This document shows positions 16,557 to 26,236 of a DNA stretch of 51,206 nt, piece by piece (positions within the stretch are counted from its first letter, which is position 1; the number at the start of each line of letters is the position of its first letter). The translations under genes and the position numbers were made by a program. The notes under the pieces were generated by a model, which searched no databases, was not told where the DNA came from, and worked only from the letters and a program-made list of their open reading frames with translations. Origin of the DNA: Gemmataceae bacterium (lineage in GTDB: Bacteria; Planctomycetota; Planctomycetia; Gemmatales; Gemmataceae); contig JAIEQN010000060.1 of assembly GCA_019747685.1 (NCBI GenBank), forward strand, positions 1 to 51,206, read 5' to 3'.

Positions 16557-18161
16557 ATGGAACTGCCACTCACCTCGTCCCTCTTCACCGACCCGAAACG
16601 ATTGCTGCTGGACCTGGCGAAAGAACACCACCTGTCCGAACTCCTGCGACTGCTGGTCAACCGTCTGGCTGACTCGCCGCGGGTGGCGCTGGCTCGGGTC
16701 TGGCTCGTTCGGCCGGGGGACATCTGTGACGCCTGCCCGATGCGGGGAGAGTGCCCGAACCGCGACCGCTGCCTGCATCTGGTGGCGAGCGCGGGTCGCT
16801 CGAAGGCCGCCCCGGCCGAAGAGTGGACCCGGCTGGACGGCGCGTTCCGCCGGTTCCCGCTCGGGGTTCGTAAGGTCGGGCGCATCGGGGCGAGCGGGGA
16901 GTCGATCGAGGCTCCCGACCTGTCGGCGGGTACCCCGGACTGGATCGCCCGACCGGAGTGGCTCCGGGCCGAAGGGGTCAGCGGCTTCGGCGGGCAACCG
17001 CTCGTCCACCGCGGCGAGACGCTCGGCGTCCTGGCCGTGTTCGCCCGCGGCCCCATCGGCCCCGAGTGCATGGACTGGCTGCGGACGATCGCCGACCACA
17101 CGGCCGCCGCCATCGCCACGGCCCGGGCGTTCGAAGAGGTCGAGGCGTTGAAGAAGCGGTTGGAGTTGGAGAACGAGTACCTGCGGGAGGAGGTCACCCG
17201 GAGCGGCGCGTTCGGCGAACTGGTCGGCCAGAGTCCGGCGTTGGAGGCGGTATCCCGGCAGATCGACCTGGTGGCCCCGACCGACTCGGCCGTCCTCATC
17301 CTGGGTGAAAGTGGGACCGGGAAGGAACTGGTCGCCCGCGAACTCCACCGCCGCAGTCGGCGGGCGGCCAAACCGCTCATCAAGGTGAACTGCGCCGCGA
17401 TCCCCCGCGAACTGTACGAGAGCGAGTTCTTCGGCCACCTGAAGGGGTCGTTCACCGGGGCGACGCGGGACCGCGTCGGGCGGTTCGAACTGGCCGACAA
17501 CGGCACACTCTTTCTGGATGAGATCGGGGAGATCCCGCTGGACCTGCAAGCGAAGCTGCTCCGGGTGCTCCAAGAGGGGGAGCTCGAACGCGTCGGTGAG
17601 GAGAGGACTCGGAAAGTGGACGTGCGGGTCGTGGCGGCGACCAACCGCGACCTGAAGGCGGAGGCCGAGGCGGGGCGGTTCCGGCAGGACCTCTACTACC
17701 GCCTGAGCGTCTTCCCGGTCGAACTGCCACCGCTGCGGAAGCGGCCCGAAGACATCCCACTCCTGGCCGACCACTTCTTGACCCTGCTGTGCCGGAAACT
17801 CGGCCGGCCGAAGCCACGCCTGACGCTGGCGAACGTCCAGACCCTCCAGAAGTACCCCTGGCCGGGAAACGTGCGGGAACTCCAGCACGTGATCGAGCGG
17901 GCGGTCATCACCGCCGAGGGCGGACGCTTGGCCATCGAATTGCCCACCGCATCGCCCCCGGCCGGCCGAGTCTCACCAACACCCGCGGCGAACCGGATCT
18001 TGACCGACTCCGAGTTACGACAGTTGGAGGCGGACAACATTCGGGCGGCGCTGAAGCAGGTGAAGGGCAAGGTGTCTGGCACGGGCGGGGCAGCGGAGTT
18101 GCTGGGGATGAAAGCCACCACGCTGGCATCGCGGATCAAGTCCCTCGGCATCACGGAGTGA
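16557..18161 (+). CDS. Sigma-54-dependent enhancer-binding protein (GAF-AAA+-HTH) with Cys-rich insert
   Basis: GESGTGKE, GSFTGA, LFLDEIGE, RFRQDLYYRL, WPGNVRELQ; GAF region with CDACPMRGECPNRDRC. Confidence 0.95.
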   Translation: MELPLTSSLFTDPKRLLLDLAKEHHLSELLRLLVNRLADSPRVALARVWLVRPGDICDACPMRGECPNRDRCLHLVASAGRSKAAPAEEWTRLDGAFRRFPLGVRKVGRIGASGESIEAPDLSAGTPDWIARPEWLRAEGVSGFGGQPLVHRGETLGVLAVFARGPIGPECMDWLRTIADHTAAAIATARAFEEVEALKKRLELENEYLREEVTRSGAFGELVGQSPALEAVSRQIDLVAPTDSAVLILGESGTGKELVARELHRRSRRAAKPLIKVNCAAIPRELYESEFFGHLKGSFTGATRDRVGRFELADNGTLFLDEIGEIPLDLQAKLLRVLQEGELERVGEERTRKVDVRVVAATNRDLKAEAEAGRFRQDLYYRLSVFPVELPPLRKRPEDIPLLADHFLTLLCRKLGRPKPRLTLANVQTLQKYPWPGNVRELQHVIERAVITAEGGRLAIELPTASPPAGRVSPTPAANRILTDSELRQLEADNIRAALKQVKGKVSGTGGAAELLGMKATTLASRIKSLGITE

Positions 18162-18351
18162 TCTGCGACATGAAAACGAGCGGAGAATGGTTCAAGATGT
18201 TGGTCCGGATCGACTACCGCCATTCGGGCGCACGGAGTGGAATCGGCTCGACGCGAATGGCCAGGAGGTACGGATTGTGCTCCTCCGGTGGGGAGTCCCC
18301 AGGCGCTCCCATCTCTGCCACATAGGTATCAGCACCGTCGCCGGCTTGCAA

Positions 18352-18632
18352 TTACCCACAACTTGCCGTGTTCAGTTCGGCACCGAGCAGGACATCGGCG
18401 AGGCGGGTGATGCCGCGCCAGACGACCATGTTGCCGGGCGGTGGGTCCTTCGTCCGGACCAGGTAGCCACCCAGTTTGGCCACCGCCAACAGGTAGTGGG
18501 CGATCGTCCGCTCGGATGCCGGTGGCGGGCAGCCGGCGAGGCGGTCGAGGACGGCGACCTCGGCCGGGGTGAAGGCCACCTCGGGCGGGCGCTGGGGGCC
18601 ACCCGGCGGGTCATCGTCAGCCAGAACACCCG
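18352..18632 (-). mobile_element. IS4 (Tn5/IS50-like) transposase C-terminal remnant
   Basis: VFWLTM..., AVAKLGGYLVRTKDPPPGNMVVWRGITRL..CG*. Confidence 0.8.
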
Positions 18633-19048
18633 CCACCCGCCACCGGTCCCGGACGTACTTGGCGACCTTCGGGCCGGTCCACAGCCCGCCGTCGGGCGGT
18701 CGCTCCTGGAGGGCCGCGTACAGGGCGGCCCGCCGCCGGGCGGTCAGTTTGGGGTCGGCCCCGTTGTCCTTCCGGCGGTCGGCCACCCCGTCGGGGCCGT
18801 GGTCGTTCCACCGGTGAAGGACGGCCCGGACCGTCACCGCCGACAACCCGACCACGTCGGCGACCTCGGACGGGTTCCGGGGCGCGTCCACCCGGGCGAG
18901 CAGCCAGAGTGCGTGCCACCGGGGCTTCTCGACCGGGTGCCGGCAGGTCCGGTACTTGTACCGCAGCTTGCCCACCGGCAGGTGCCGGACGAACGGCAGG
19001 CGTCGCATGGGATTCCCTCCCCTGACTCCGGATTGCGGAATCAGAGTA
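18633..19048 (-). mobile_element. IS630-family winged-helix ORF remnant with left end
   Basis: RWHALWLL, TVRAVLHRWNDHGPDG, PPDGGLWTGPKVA. Probable end at TA 19047-19048; fused in frame to the IS4 remnant. Confidence 0.75.
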
Positions 19049-19105
19049 GGGAATCAACACCATCCGGTATGACCCCACCCCCAACACCCGAACCGGACAC
19101 TCCCC

Positions 19106-20039
19106 ATGACCGCCTTCGTTCGCTCCCTGTTGATCGCGGCCGCCCTCACCGGCCCGCTGCTCGCCGCCGAACCACCGAAGGTCCACCACAAGACGGTGAA
19201 GGTCGGCGACCTGGACATCTTCTACCGCGAGGCCGGGCCGAAGGACGCCCCCGCCGTCCTGCTGCTGCACGGCTTCCCGTCCGGCTCGCAGATGTTCCGC
19301 AACCTCATCCCGCAACTGGCCGACAAGTACCGCGTGGTCGCCCCGGACTACCCCGGCTTCGGGCACAGCTCGATGCCGAGCCGCGACAAGTTCAACTACA
19401 CCTTCGATAACCTCGCTGATGTGGTCGAGCAGTTCACCGAGAAAGTCGGGCTGACGAAATACGCCCTGTACGTGCAGGACTAATGCGCACCGGTCGGCCA
19501 CCGGTTGGCCAGCAAACACCCCGACCGCGTCACGGCCATCGTGGTGCAGAACGGTATCGCCTACGACGAAGGGCTGGACAACGACTTCTGGAAACCGCTG
19601 AATGCGTACTGGGCGGATCCGAAGAACGAGAAGCTTCGTGAGGCGCTGCGGCAGTTCACCAAACTGGAAGCCACCAGGTGGCAGTACACCCACGAGCTGA
19701 AGAACCCGGAACTGGTGTCGCCGGATGCGTGGGTCACGGACCAATACTTCCTCGACCGCGACGGGAACGACGACATCCAGCTCGACCTGTTCCTGAGCTA
19801 CGGCAGCAACCCCCGCTGTACCCGAAGTGGCAGGCGTACTTCCGCACGCACCAGCCGCCGGCCCTGATTGTGTGGGCAAGCACGACCAGGTCTTCCCCGC
19901 CGCCGGGGCCGAGCCGTACAAGAAGGACCTGAAAACGCTCGAGTTCCACTTGCTCGACGCCGGCCACTTCGCCCGCGAATCCCACGGCGACGAGATCGCC
20001 GCCCTGATGCGGGCGTTCCTCGCCAGGCACGTTCGGTGA
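19106..20039 (+). pseudogene. Alpha/beta hydrolase, disrupted paralog of 14338-15273
   Basis: Near-identical peptide blocks ([23 protein letters not shown]). TAA at 19481-19483 replaces Tyr of QDYG; frameshifts near 19812 and 19877. Confidence 0.9.
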
Positions 20040-20053
20040 TCAGGAGTGCTGAT

Positions 20054-20069
20054 TGGACCGAACGGTACA
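20054..20069. promoter_or_regulatory. Putative TetR operator 1
   Basis: TGGACCGAACGGTACA, an imperfect palindrome upstream of tetR that matches operator 2. Confidence 0.6.
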
Positions 20070-20102
20070 CACAACCTACGATTCCCACAGGAGGGCCGAG
20101 CC

Positions 20103-20702
20103 ATGCCGTGGGAAAAGCAGTTCGATGAGACCGAGGTGCTGGAGAAGGCGACGCGGGCGTTCTGGGCCGGCGGGTACGAGGGCACCCCGATGGCCGACCT
20201 TCTGGAGCAGATGGGCATCCAGAAGGGCAGCTTCTACGCCACCTTCGGCAGCAAGCACCAGGTCTACCTGGACGTGCTGGAGCGGTACGTGGCCGACCGC
20301 TACGCCGGCACCGGGGCGATGGCCGCCGCCGACTCGCCGCGGTTCGAGTTGGAGAAGCACTTCCGTTGGATCGCCGACGACGCGGTGAGTGACGACGGGC
20401 CGATGGGCTGCCTGGTGGTCAACGCCGCCGTCGAGGTGGCACCGAAGGACTCGGCGGTGAAGGCGTTCGTCCATCGCACGTTCGACAGGCACATCGGGTT
20501 GTACCGTCGGGTACTCGACGCCGCCAAGGCGAAGGGCGAGGTGCCGACCGGGACGGACACCCTGGCCGTGGCGCGCACCCTTTTCGCCCTGGTGCTCGGC
20601 ATCCGAGTCCTGTCGCGTGCCGGCATGGGACGGGCCGTTATCTCCGCCCTGCGGGATCAGGCGCTGGGGCTGATCCGCGGGAATTCCGCCGCGGGCGCGT
20701 AA
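20103..20702 (+). CDS. TetR/AcrR family regulator (NemR/ComR-like)
   Basis: MPWEKQFDETEVL, FWAGGYEGT, MGIQKGSFYATFGSK, GCLVVN motif. Confidence 0.92.
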   Translation: MPWEKQFDETEVLEKATRAFWAGGYEGTPMADLLEQMGIQKGSFYATFGSKHQVYLDVLERYVADRYAGTGAMAAADSPRFELEKHFRWIADDAVSDDGPMGCLVVNAAVEVAPKDSAVKAFVHRTFDRHIGLYRRVLDAAKAKGEVPTGTDTLAVARTLFALVLGIRVLSRAGMGRAVISALRDQALGLIRGNSAAGA

Positions 20703-20720
20703 GCCCCGCCACGCCGGGTT

Positions 20721-20736
20721 TGTACTGATCGGTACA
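20721..20736. promoter_or_regulatory. Putative TetR operator 2
   Basis: TGTACTGATCGGTACA, one change from the perfect palindrome TGTACCGATCGGTACA, upstream of the SDR operon. Confidence 0.65.
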
Positions 20737-20872
20737 GACAACCGCACACGCCCGGCGATCGGGTGAACGAGGTCCGGTGGTTCCGGGCCGCCCGGTTGGT
20801 GTCTACAGGCTTGGGCCCGTGGTCCACGGCCCGGCACCGGCGTGTGCCACTCGCCTCACACAGGAGAACGTC

Positions 20873-21622
20873 ATGGGCCGGCTGGAAAACAAGATCGCGG
20901 TCATCACCGGCGGGAACAGCGGCATCGGGTTCGCCACCGCCCAGCGGTTCCTCGAAGAGGGGGCGACGGTGTACATCACCGGCCGCGACGCTGGGCGGCT
21001 GGAGGAGGCAAAGAAGAAACTCGGCGGCAAGGTGACGGCCATGAAGGCAGACGCCGCCAGCCCGGCCGAGATGCAGGCGGTGTACGACCGGGTGAAGAAG
21101 GACCACGACAAACTCGACGTGCTGTTCCTGAACGCCGGCGTCGCCCCGGTCGCCCCGATCGAGGCCACCACCGAGCAACTCTACGACGACCTGTTCGCCA
21201 CCAACGTGAAGGGGGTGTTCTTCGGGGTGCAGAAGGCCCTGCCCCTGCTGGCCACCGGGAGCAGTGTGGTCATCAACTCGTCCACGGTGAACAGCAAGGG
21301 GATGCCGGGGTTCGTCGCCTACGCCGCCACCAAAGCGGCCGTCCGGAGCTTCGCCCGCGGCATGTCGGCCGAGTTGGCCCCGAAGGGCATCCGGGTGAAC
21401 ACCGTCAGCCCCGGCCCGATCGGAACTCCGCTGTGGGGCAAGACCGGGCTGAACGAGGAGCAGACGAAGCACGCCGGCGAGGGGATCGCCAAGCAGGTTC
21501 CGGCCGGACGGTTCGGCACCGACCGTGAGATCGCCGACGCGGTGGTCTACCTGGCCAGCGACGAGAGCAAGTACGTCGTCGGGGCCGACCTGTACGTCGA
21601 TGGCGGCATGGGCCAGGTGTAA
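20873..21622 (+). CDS. SDR family oxidoreductase
   Basis: TGGNSGIG, NAG, YAATK, VNTVSPGPI; CAGGAG RBS. Confidence 0.95.
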   Translation: MGRLENKIAVITGGNSGIGFATAQRFLEEGATVYITGRDAGRLEEAKKKLGGKVTAMKADAASPAEMQAVYDRVKKDHDKLDVLFLNAGVAPVAPIEATTEQLYDDLFATNVKGVFFGVQKALPLLATGSSVVINSSTVNSKGMPGFVAYAATKAAVRSFARGMSAELAPKGIRVNTVSPGPIGTPLWGKTGLNEEQTKHAGEGIAKQVPAGRFGTDREIADAVVYLASDESKYVVGADLYVDGGMGQV

Positions 21623-21720
21623 CTCACGTCGCGGCTTCCCCCTTCACAACCAACAAACACGGCGCAGGGCGGCGGGTCTTTCCGACCTGCCCCAGGCCCC
21701 GCACACTCTGGAGTCGTGTC

Positions 21721-22574
21721 ATGAACAAGTTGACCAAGTATGGCAAATGGGCGGTGGTGACGGGCGGGTCGGCCGGGATCGACCGGGAGTTCGCCGAGCA
21801 GATCGCCCAAGCCGGGATCAACGTCATCCTCGTCGCCCGCCGCCGCGAGCCGCTGGCCGTCGCCGCCACCGAACTGCGTGCTCGCTACCGGGTGGAGGTG
21901 GAGACCGTGTCCGCCGACCTGAGCACCGAAGACGGCATCGCCGAGGTGCTGCGGGTGGCCGACGAACGGGAGGCGGGCCTGGCGGTCATCAACGCCGGGG
22001 TGGGTTACGGCGGCGACTTCGTCCGCCGCGAACTGGACGACTACCTCCGCGAGGTGCGGGTGAACGTGGAAGGGCTGGTGCGCATGCTCCACCACTTCGC
22101 CCGCGGGTTCGCCGAGCGGCGGCGGGGCGGGATCGTCCTCACCTCCAGCATGGGCGGGTACTTCTCCGCCCCGTACCTGGCCCACTACGTGGCCACCAAG
22201 GCGTACCAACTGTCGCTCGGCGAGGCGCTGTCGAAGGAACTGGCCGCCTACGGGGTGGACCTGACCGTGCTCGTGCCGCCGGCGACCGACACGCACATGG
22301 GCAAGCACGGGGTGCCGGGCATCGACGCCGGCAAGCTCCCGATGCTGTGGTCGGACCCGGCGAAGGTGGCGCGGGCCGGGCTGAATGCCCTCGGCCGTCG
22401 GTGCTACCCGGGTTCCTCAACCGCGTCATGCAGTTCACCCTCACCCGCCTGTTCCCGCGGCGGCTGTCGCTGGCGGTCTGGGCGTTCATCATGGGCCGGG
22501 CCGCCACCGCGGACGTGGCCCCGCCGCACCGCCGCCCGGCCGAGGCGAACGCCGAACCCGCCGTCACCGCGTAA
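21721..22574 (+). pseudogene. SDR family oxidoreductase, frameshifted near 22395
   Basis: TGGSAGIDR (G-to-D change in the glycine motif), NAG, YVATK. The natural C-terminus (PSVLPGFLNRVM...VTA*) is in another frame. Confidence 0.75.
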
Positions 22575-22608
22575 CCCGTTCACCCCCAACCCCACCCGGA
22601 GACCTGAC

Positions 22609-23607
22609 ATGAACCGCACTGTCCTGTTCTCCCGCTTCGGCGGGCCGGAAGTCCTCGAAGTCGTCGACACCCCCGTCCGCACCCCCGGCCACGGGGAGGT
22701 CCGCTTCCGCGTCAAGGCCCTCGGGTTGAACCGGGCCGAGGTGATGTACTACCGCCGCAACGCCTACACCGAGCAGGCGGTGTTCCCGTCCCGCATCGGG
22801 TACGAGGCGGCCGGCACAGTCGAGGCCGTCGGCGACGGCGTCGTCGGCCTGCGGGTGGGCGACCGCGTCAGCACCATCCCCGGCTTCCAACTGAACGACT
22901 ACGGCGTGGCCGGCGACACCGCCGTGGTGCCGCAGAAGCACGTCGTCAAAATCTCCGACTCGCTCTCGTTCGCGGAAGGGGCGGCGGTGTGGATGCAGTA
23001 CCTCACCGCCTACGGGGCGCTCGTCGAGCACGGCAAGCTGAAGGCCGGCGACGTGGTCGCCGTCACTGCCGCCAGCAGCAGCACCGGCATCGCCGCCATC
23101 CAGATGGTGAACGACGCCGGCGGCACCAGCGTCGCCGTCACCCGCAAGGCGGACAAGAAGGCGGGCCTGCTGAAGGCCGGGGCCAATCACGTCATCGTGA
23201 CCGACGACGAGAACCCGGTCGAGCGGGTGAACGCGATCACCGGCGGGCGGGGCGTGGACGTCGTGTTCGACCCCGTCAGCGGGCCGATGCTGGCCACCGC
23301 CGGCGACATCGTCCGCGAGGAGGGGCTGGTGATTCAGTACGGCCTGCTGTCGTCGGAGCCGCCGCAGTTCCCGCTCTGGTCGAGCATCGTGAAGGGCTAC
23401 CGCGTGCAGGGCTTCCACCTGACCTTCCACGTCGTGAACAAGCCCGACCGCCTGACGGCCGGCGTCGAGTACGTATCCGAGCGGCTGGCGAGCGGGGCGT
23501 TCAAGCCGCTGCTGGCCGAGAAGAAGTTCACCCTGCCGGGCATCGCCGACGCCTACCGCTACATGGAGTCGAACGAGCAGCTCGGAAAGATCATCGTCGC
23601 CGTGTAG
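22609..23607 (+). CDS. Zinc-independent MDR / NADPH:quinone oxidoreductase-like protein
   Basis: FGGPEVL, GLNRAE, GYEAAG, AASSSTG, YRYMESNEQLGKII. Own RBS (GGAG) and ATG. Confidence 0.92.
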   Translation: MNRTVLFSRFGGPEVLEVVDTPVRTPGHGEVRFRVKALGLNRAEVMYYRRNAYTEQAVFPSRIGYEAAGTVEAVGDGVVGLRVGDRVSTIPGFQLNDYGVAGDTAVVPQKHVVKISDSLSFAEGAAVWMQYLTAYGALVEHGKLKAGDVVAVTAASSSTGIAAIQMVNDAGGTSVAVTRKADKKAGLLKAGANHVIVTDDENPVERVNAITGGRGVDVVFDPVSGPMLATAGDIVREEGLVIQYGLLSSEPPQFPLWSSIVKGYRVQGFHLTFHVVNKPDRLTAGVEYVSERLASGAFKPLLAEKKFTLPGIADAYRYMESNEQLGKIIVAV

Positions 23608-23641
23608 TCCCAAACCCCCGAACCCGAACCGGAGACCTGCC

Positions 23642-23938
23642 ATGAAAGTGATCGCGCTCATCGACCTGTCCGCCGGAAAGACGATGGCCGACCTGGCCCC
23701 GCACCGCGAGGCCGAGACCCGTGCCCTGTGGGAACTGGTGAAGGCCGGCCGCGTGCGGGCCGCCCACTACCGCGAGACGATGACCGGGGCCGTACTCGAA
23801 CTGGAAGCGGCCAGCACCGCCGAAGCCCACGGCTGGCTGGGCGACCTGCCCGCCGTGAAGGCCGGCGTGCTGACCGTCAGCGAAGCCGTCGGGCTGCTTC
23901 CGTACTCCGGGTACGAACTGCTGTTCGCCACCAAGTAA
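23642..23938 (+). CDS. Small muconolactone isomerase-like protein
   Basis: 98 aa; EAETRALWELVKAGRVR..GAVLELEA..LPAVKAG pattern; GGAG RBS. Confidence 0.6.
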   Translation: MKVIALIDLSAGKTMADLAPHREAETRALWELVKAGRVRAAHYRETMTGAVLELEAASTAEAHGWLGDLPAVKAGVLTVSEAVGLLPYSGYELLFATK

Positions 23939-23971
23939 CCCACCACCCACACCCTCAACCGGAGACCGACC

Positions 23972-24832
23972 GTGTTCGCCATCGACTTCAACAAGCTGCC
24001 GACGCCCCGCGTCCGCACCACCGTGGCCGGCGGCTTGGGAACCAAGATGGCCATCCAGGAGTGGGGCAACCCGGCCGGCAAGCCGGTGGTGTTCGCCCAC
24101 GCTTTCGGCACGAACCACCTCGGGTGGCAGGCCCAGATCACCTCGCGGGCCCTCGCCGACTACCGGCTGGTGACGTTCGACCACCGCGGTCACGGCGAGT
24201 CCGAGAAGCCCGAAGACCCGAACTTCTACGCCACCGCCGACGTGTGGGCGGACGACTTCGAGGCCGTCCTCAAGCATGTCGGCGAGAAGGCCGTCGTGAA
24301 CGCGTGGTCGATGAGCGGCTCGTACCTGGGCGACTACCTCGGCAAGTACGGCGCGAGCCGCATCGCCGGCATCAACCTGGTGGCGGCGTCGAACACCTTG
24401 GGCGGGCCGCTGTTCACCAAGCAGGCCGGGGCGGCGTTCGGCGGGGCACAGGGGCTGTTCTCGGACTCGATCTCGGACCAGATGGCGGCCAGCTTCGCCA
24501 TCAACAAGTACATGACGGCGAAACCGATGGACGCGGCTACCGAGATCGCCGCGTTCGGCTGGCTGCTCATGCTGCCGGTCGCCCCGCGGCGGGTGATGTT
24601 CGCGCGGGACGTGGACCACCGCGAGTTCTACTGCCGGGCCGGGGTGCCGATCCTCGTCAGCCACGGGCGGGACGACCGGATCGTGCTACCGGCCGCCGCC
24701 GAGATGCTGAAGGAGTTGGTGCCGGCGGCGGAGGTGAGCTGGCACGACGCGGTCGGGCACTCGCCCCACTGGGAGGGGCACGAGCGGTTCAACCGTGAGT
24801 TGGCCGTGTTCGCCCGCCGGGTGTTCGGCTGA
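23972..24832 (+). CDS. Alpha/beta hydrolase (non-heme haloperoxidase/perhydrolase-like)
   Basis: DHRGHGES, AWSMSG nucleophile elbow, HGRDD, GHSPHWE. Confidence 0.88.
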   Translation: MFAIDFNKLPTPRVRTTVAGGLGTKMAIQEWGNPAGKPVVFAHAFGTNHLGWQAQITSRALADYRLVTFDHRGHGESEKPEDPNFYATADVWADDFEAVLKHVGEKAVVNAWSMSGSYLGDYLGKYGASRIAGINLVAASNTLGGPLFTKQAGAAFGGAQGLFSDSISDQMAASFAINKYMTAKPMDAATEIAAFGWLLMLPVAPRRVMFARDVDHREFYCRAGVPILVSHGRDDRIVLPAAAEMLKELVPAAEVSWHDAVGHSPHWEGHERFNRELAVFARRVFG

Positions 24833-24893
24833 CCCCCCATCACGGTCACGGGTATACTGGTCTTCGATCCGTTTCCCCGCGTTCCGGTGGCGC

Positions 24894-26228
24894 ATGACCC
24901 GCTGGCTCCTGTTCGCCGTGTTCGTCGTCACCGCGGTCTTGGTCAGCGCAGGCTGTCGCCGCCCGGCGGCCCCGCCCGAACCGGCGCTGCCGGCCCCGAG
25001 CGAGGGTGCCGTCGATCGGTACGGCGGGCGGACGGCGGTGAAGCGCGAGGCGACCGGCCGGTTCCGGGTGGAGCAGGTCGGCGGGCGGTGGCTGTTCATC
25101 ACCCCGGACGGGCACGGCTATCTGACGATCGGTGCGAACCACGCCGGCAAGGTGCTCGACGACCCGGCCCAGAACGGCCCACTGCTCGAGCGGTTCGCCG
25201 GCGACCGCGACCGGGCGGCCGACGCCGTCCTCGCCGAGCTGAAGGCCCAAGGGTACACCGCCGGCGAGGCGTACCCGCCGCTCCACCCGCGGTTCCGCGA
25301 CTTCCCGCACGTCGCCCACATCCACTACCCGTTCCCCAACCAGTCTCAGTTCGATGTGTTCGACCCGGCGGTGCGGACGAAGCTGGCCGACCACGTCCGC
25401 GAGCAGGCCCGCCGCGGGGCGTCCCCGTTCTGCCTCGGGTTCGCCTTCGCCGACCTGCCCGAGTGGGGCACCCGCCGGGCGGCGCACTACCGCGGCCTGC
25501 CGCCCAACGCTCCCGGTCGCCGCCGGTACGTGCAGTTCCTGCAAGAGCGCTACGCCGCCGACGTCGCCCGGCTGAACGCCGCTTACGGCACCCGGTTCGA
25601 GAGTTTCGACGCCGTCGCCCACGACAAGTCCACCCCCGCCACCCGCCCGGACGATGAGGCATTCCTCGGGGTGGTCGCCGACTCGCTGTACGGGCTGCTG
25701 AAGGGGGCTGTGGCGGACGGCGCTCCCGGTCACCTGTTCCTGGGCGAGCGGTTTGTGCTGCGATCCGTGCCCGAGTCGGTGCTGACGGCGGTGGGGAAAC
25801 ACGTCGACGTGTTCTGCACGCAGGCGCTGATCCTGTCGAAACACCGCCCGCCCGAGTGGCAAACATTCCAGCCCGACGGGTACGACCGCGAGCACGAGTT
25901 GACCGGCGGCAAGCCGGTGCTGGTGATCGACTGGGCGACGCCGTTCAGCACCGGCGAGGGGATCGTCAGCGAGCACGGCCGCATCCGAACGGAGGGGGAC
26001 GCGGCCGACGACGCGGCGGCGTGGCTGGCGGCGGCGTTCGAGCGGCCCTACCTGGTCGGCGTGTTCCGCTGTCAGGCCATCGGCACGCACCCGAACGACC
26101 GCTGGTTCGCCGGGCACCCGGTCACCCGCACGCCGCTGCTGCCGGACGGCCGCTCCCGGCCGGCGTTCGGCGGGAAGCTAGCGGCGGCCCACCGGGCGGT
26201 CCTCGACCGGGAGCTGAGTGGCCGGTAG
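24894..26228 (+). CDS. Beta-agarase-like (GH50-like) lipoprotein
   Basis: Lipobox VSAGC; TGRFRVEQVGGRWLFITPDGH, FLQERY..VARLNAAYGT, HLFLGERF. Confidence 0.65.
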   Translation: MTRWLLFAVFVVTAVLVSAGCRRPAAPPEPALPAPSEGAVDRYGGRTAVKREATGRFRVEQVGGRWLFITPDGHGYLTIGANHAGKVLDDPAQNGPLLERFAGDRDRAADAVLAELKAQGYTAGEAYPPLHPRFRDFPHVAHIHYPFPNQSQFDVFDPAVRTKLADHVREQARRGASPFCLGFAFADLPEWGTRRAAHYRGLPPNAPGRRRYVQFLQERYAADVARLNAAYGTRFESFDAVAHDKSTPATRPDDEAFLGVVADSLYGLLKGAVADGAPGHLFLGERFVLRSVPESVLTAVGKHVDVFCTQALILSKHRPPEWQTFQPDGYDREHELTGGKPVLVIDWATPFSTGEGIVSEHGRIRTEGDAADDAAAWLAAAFERPYLVGVFRCQAIGTHPNDRWFAGHPVTRTPLLPDGRSRPAFGGKLAAAHRAVLDRELSGR

Positions 26229-26236
26229 CCGTCGGC

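Noticed and set aside
19481-19483. Recoded stop in the second hydrolase
   Set aside because: It is TAA replacing Tyr, with two further frameshifts, so this is a pseudogene.
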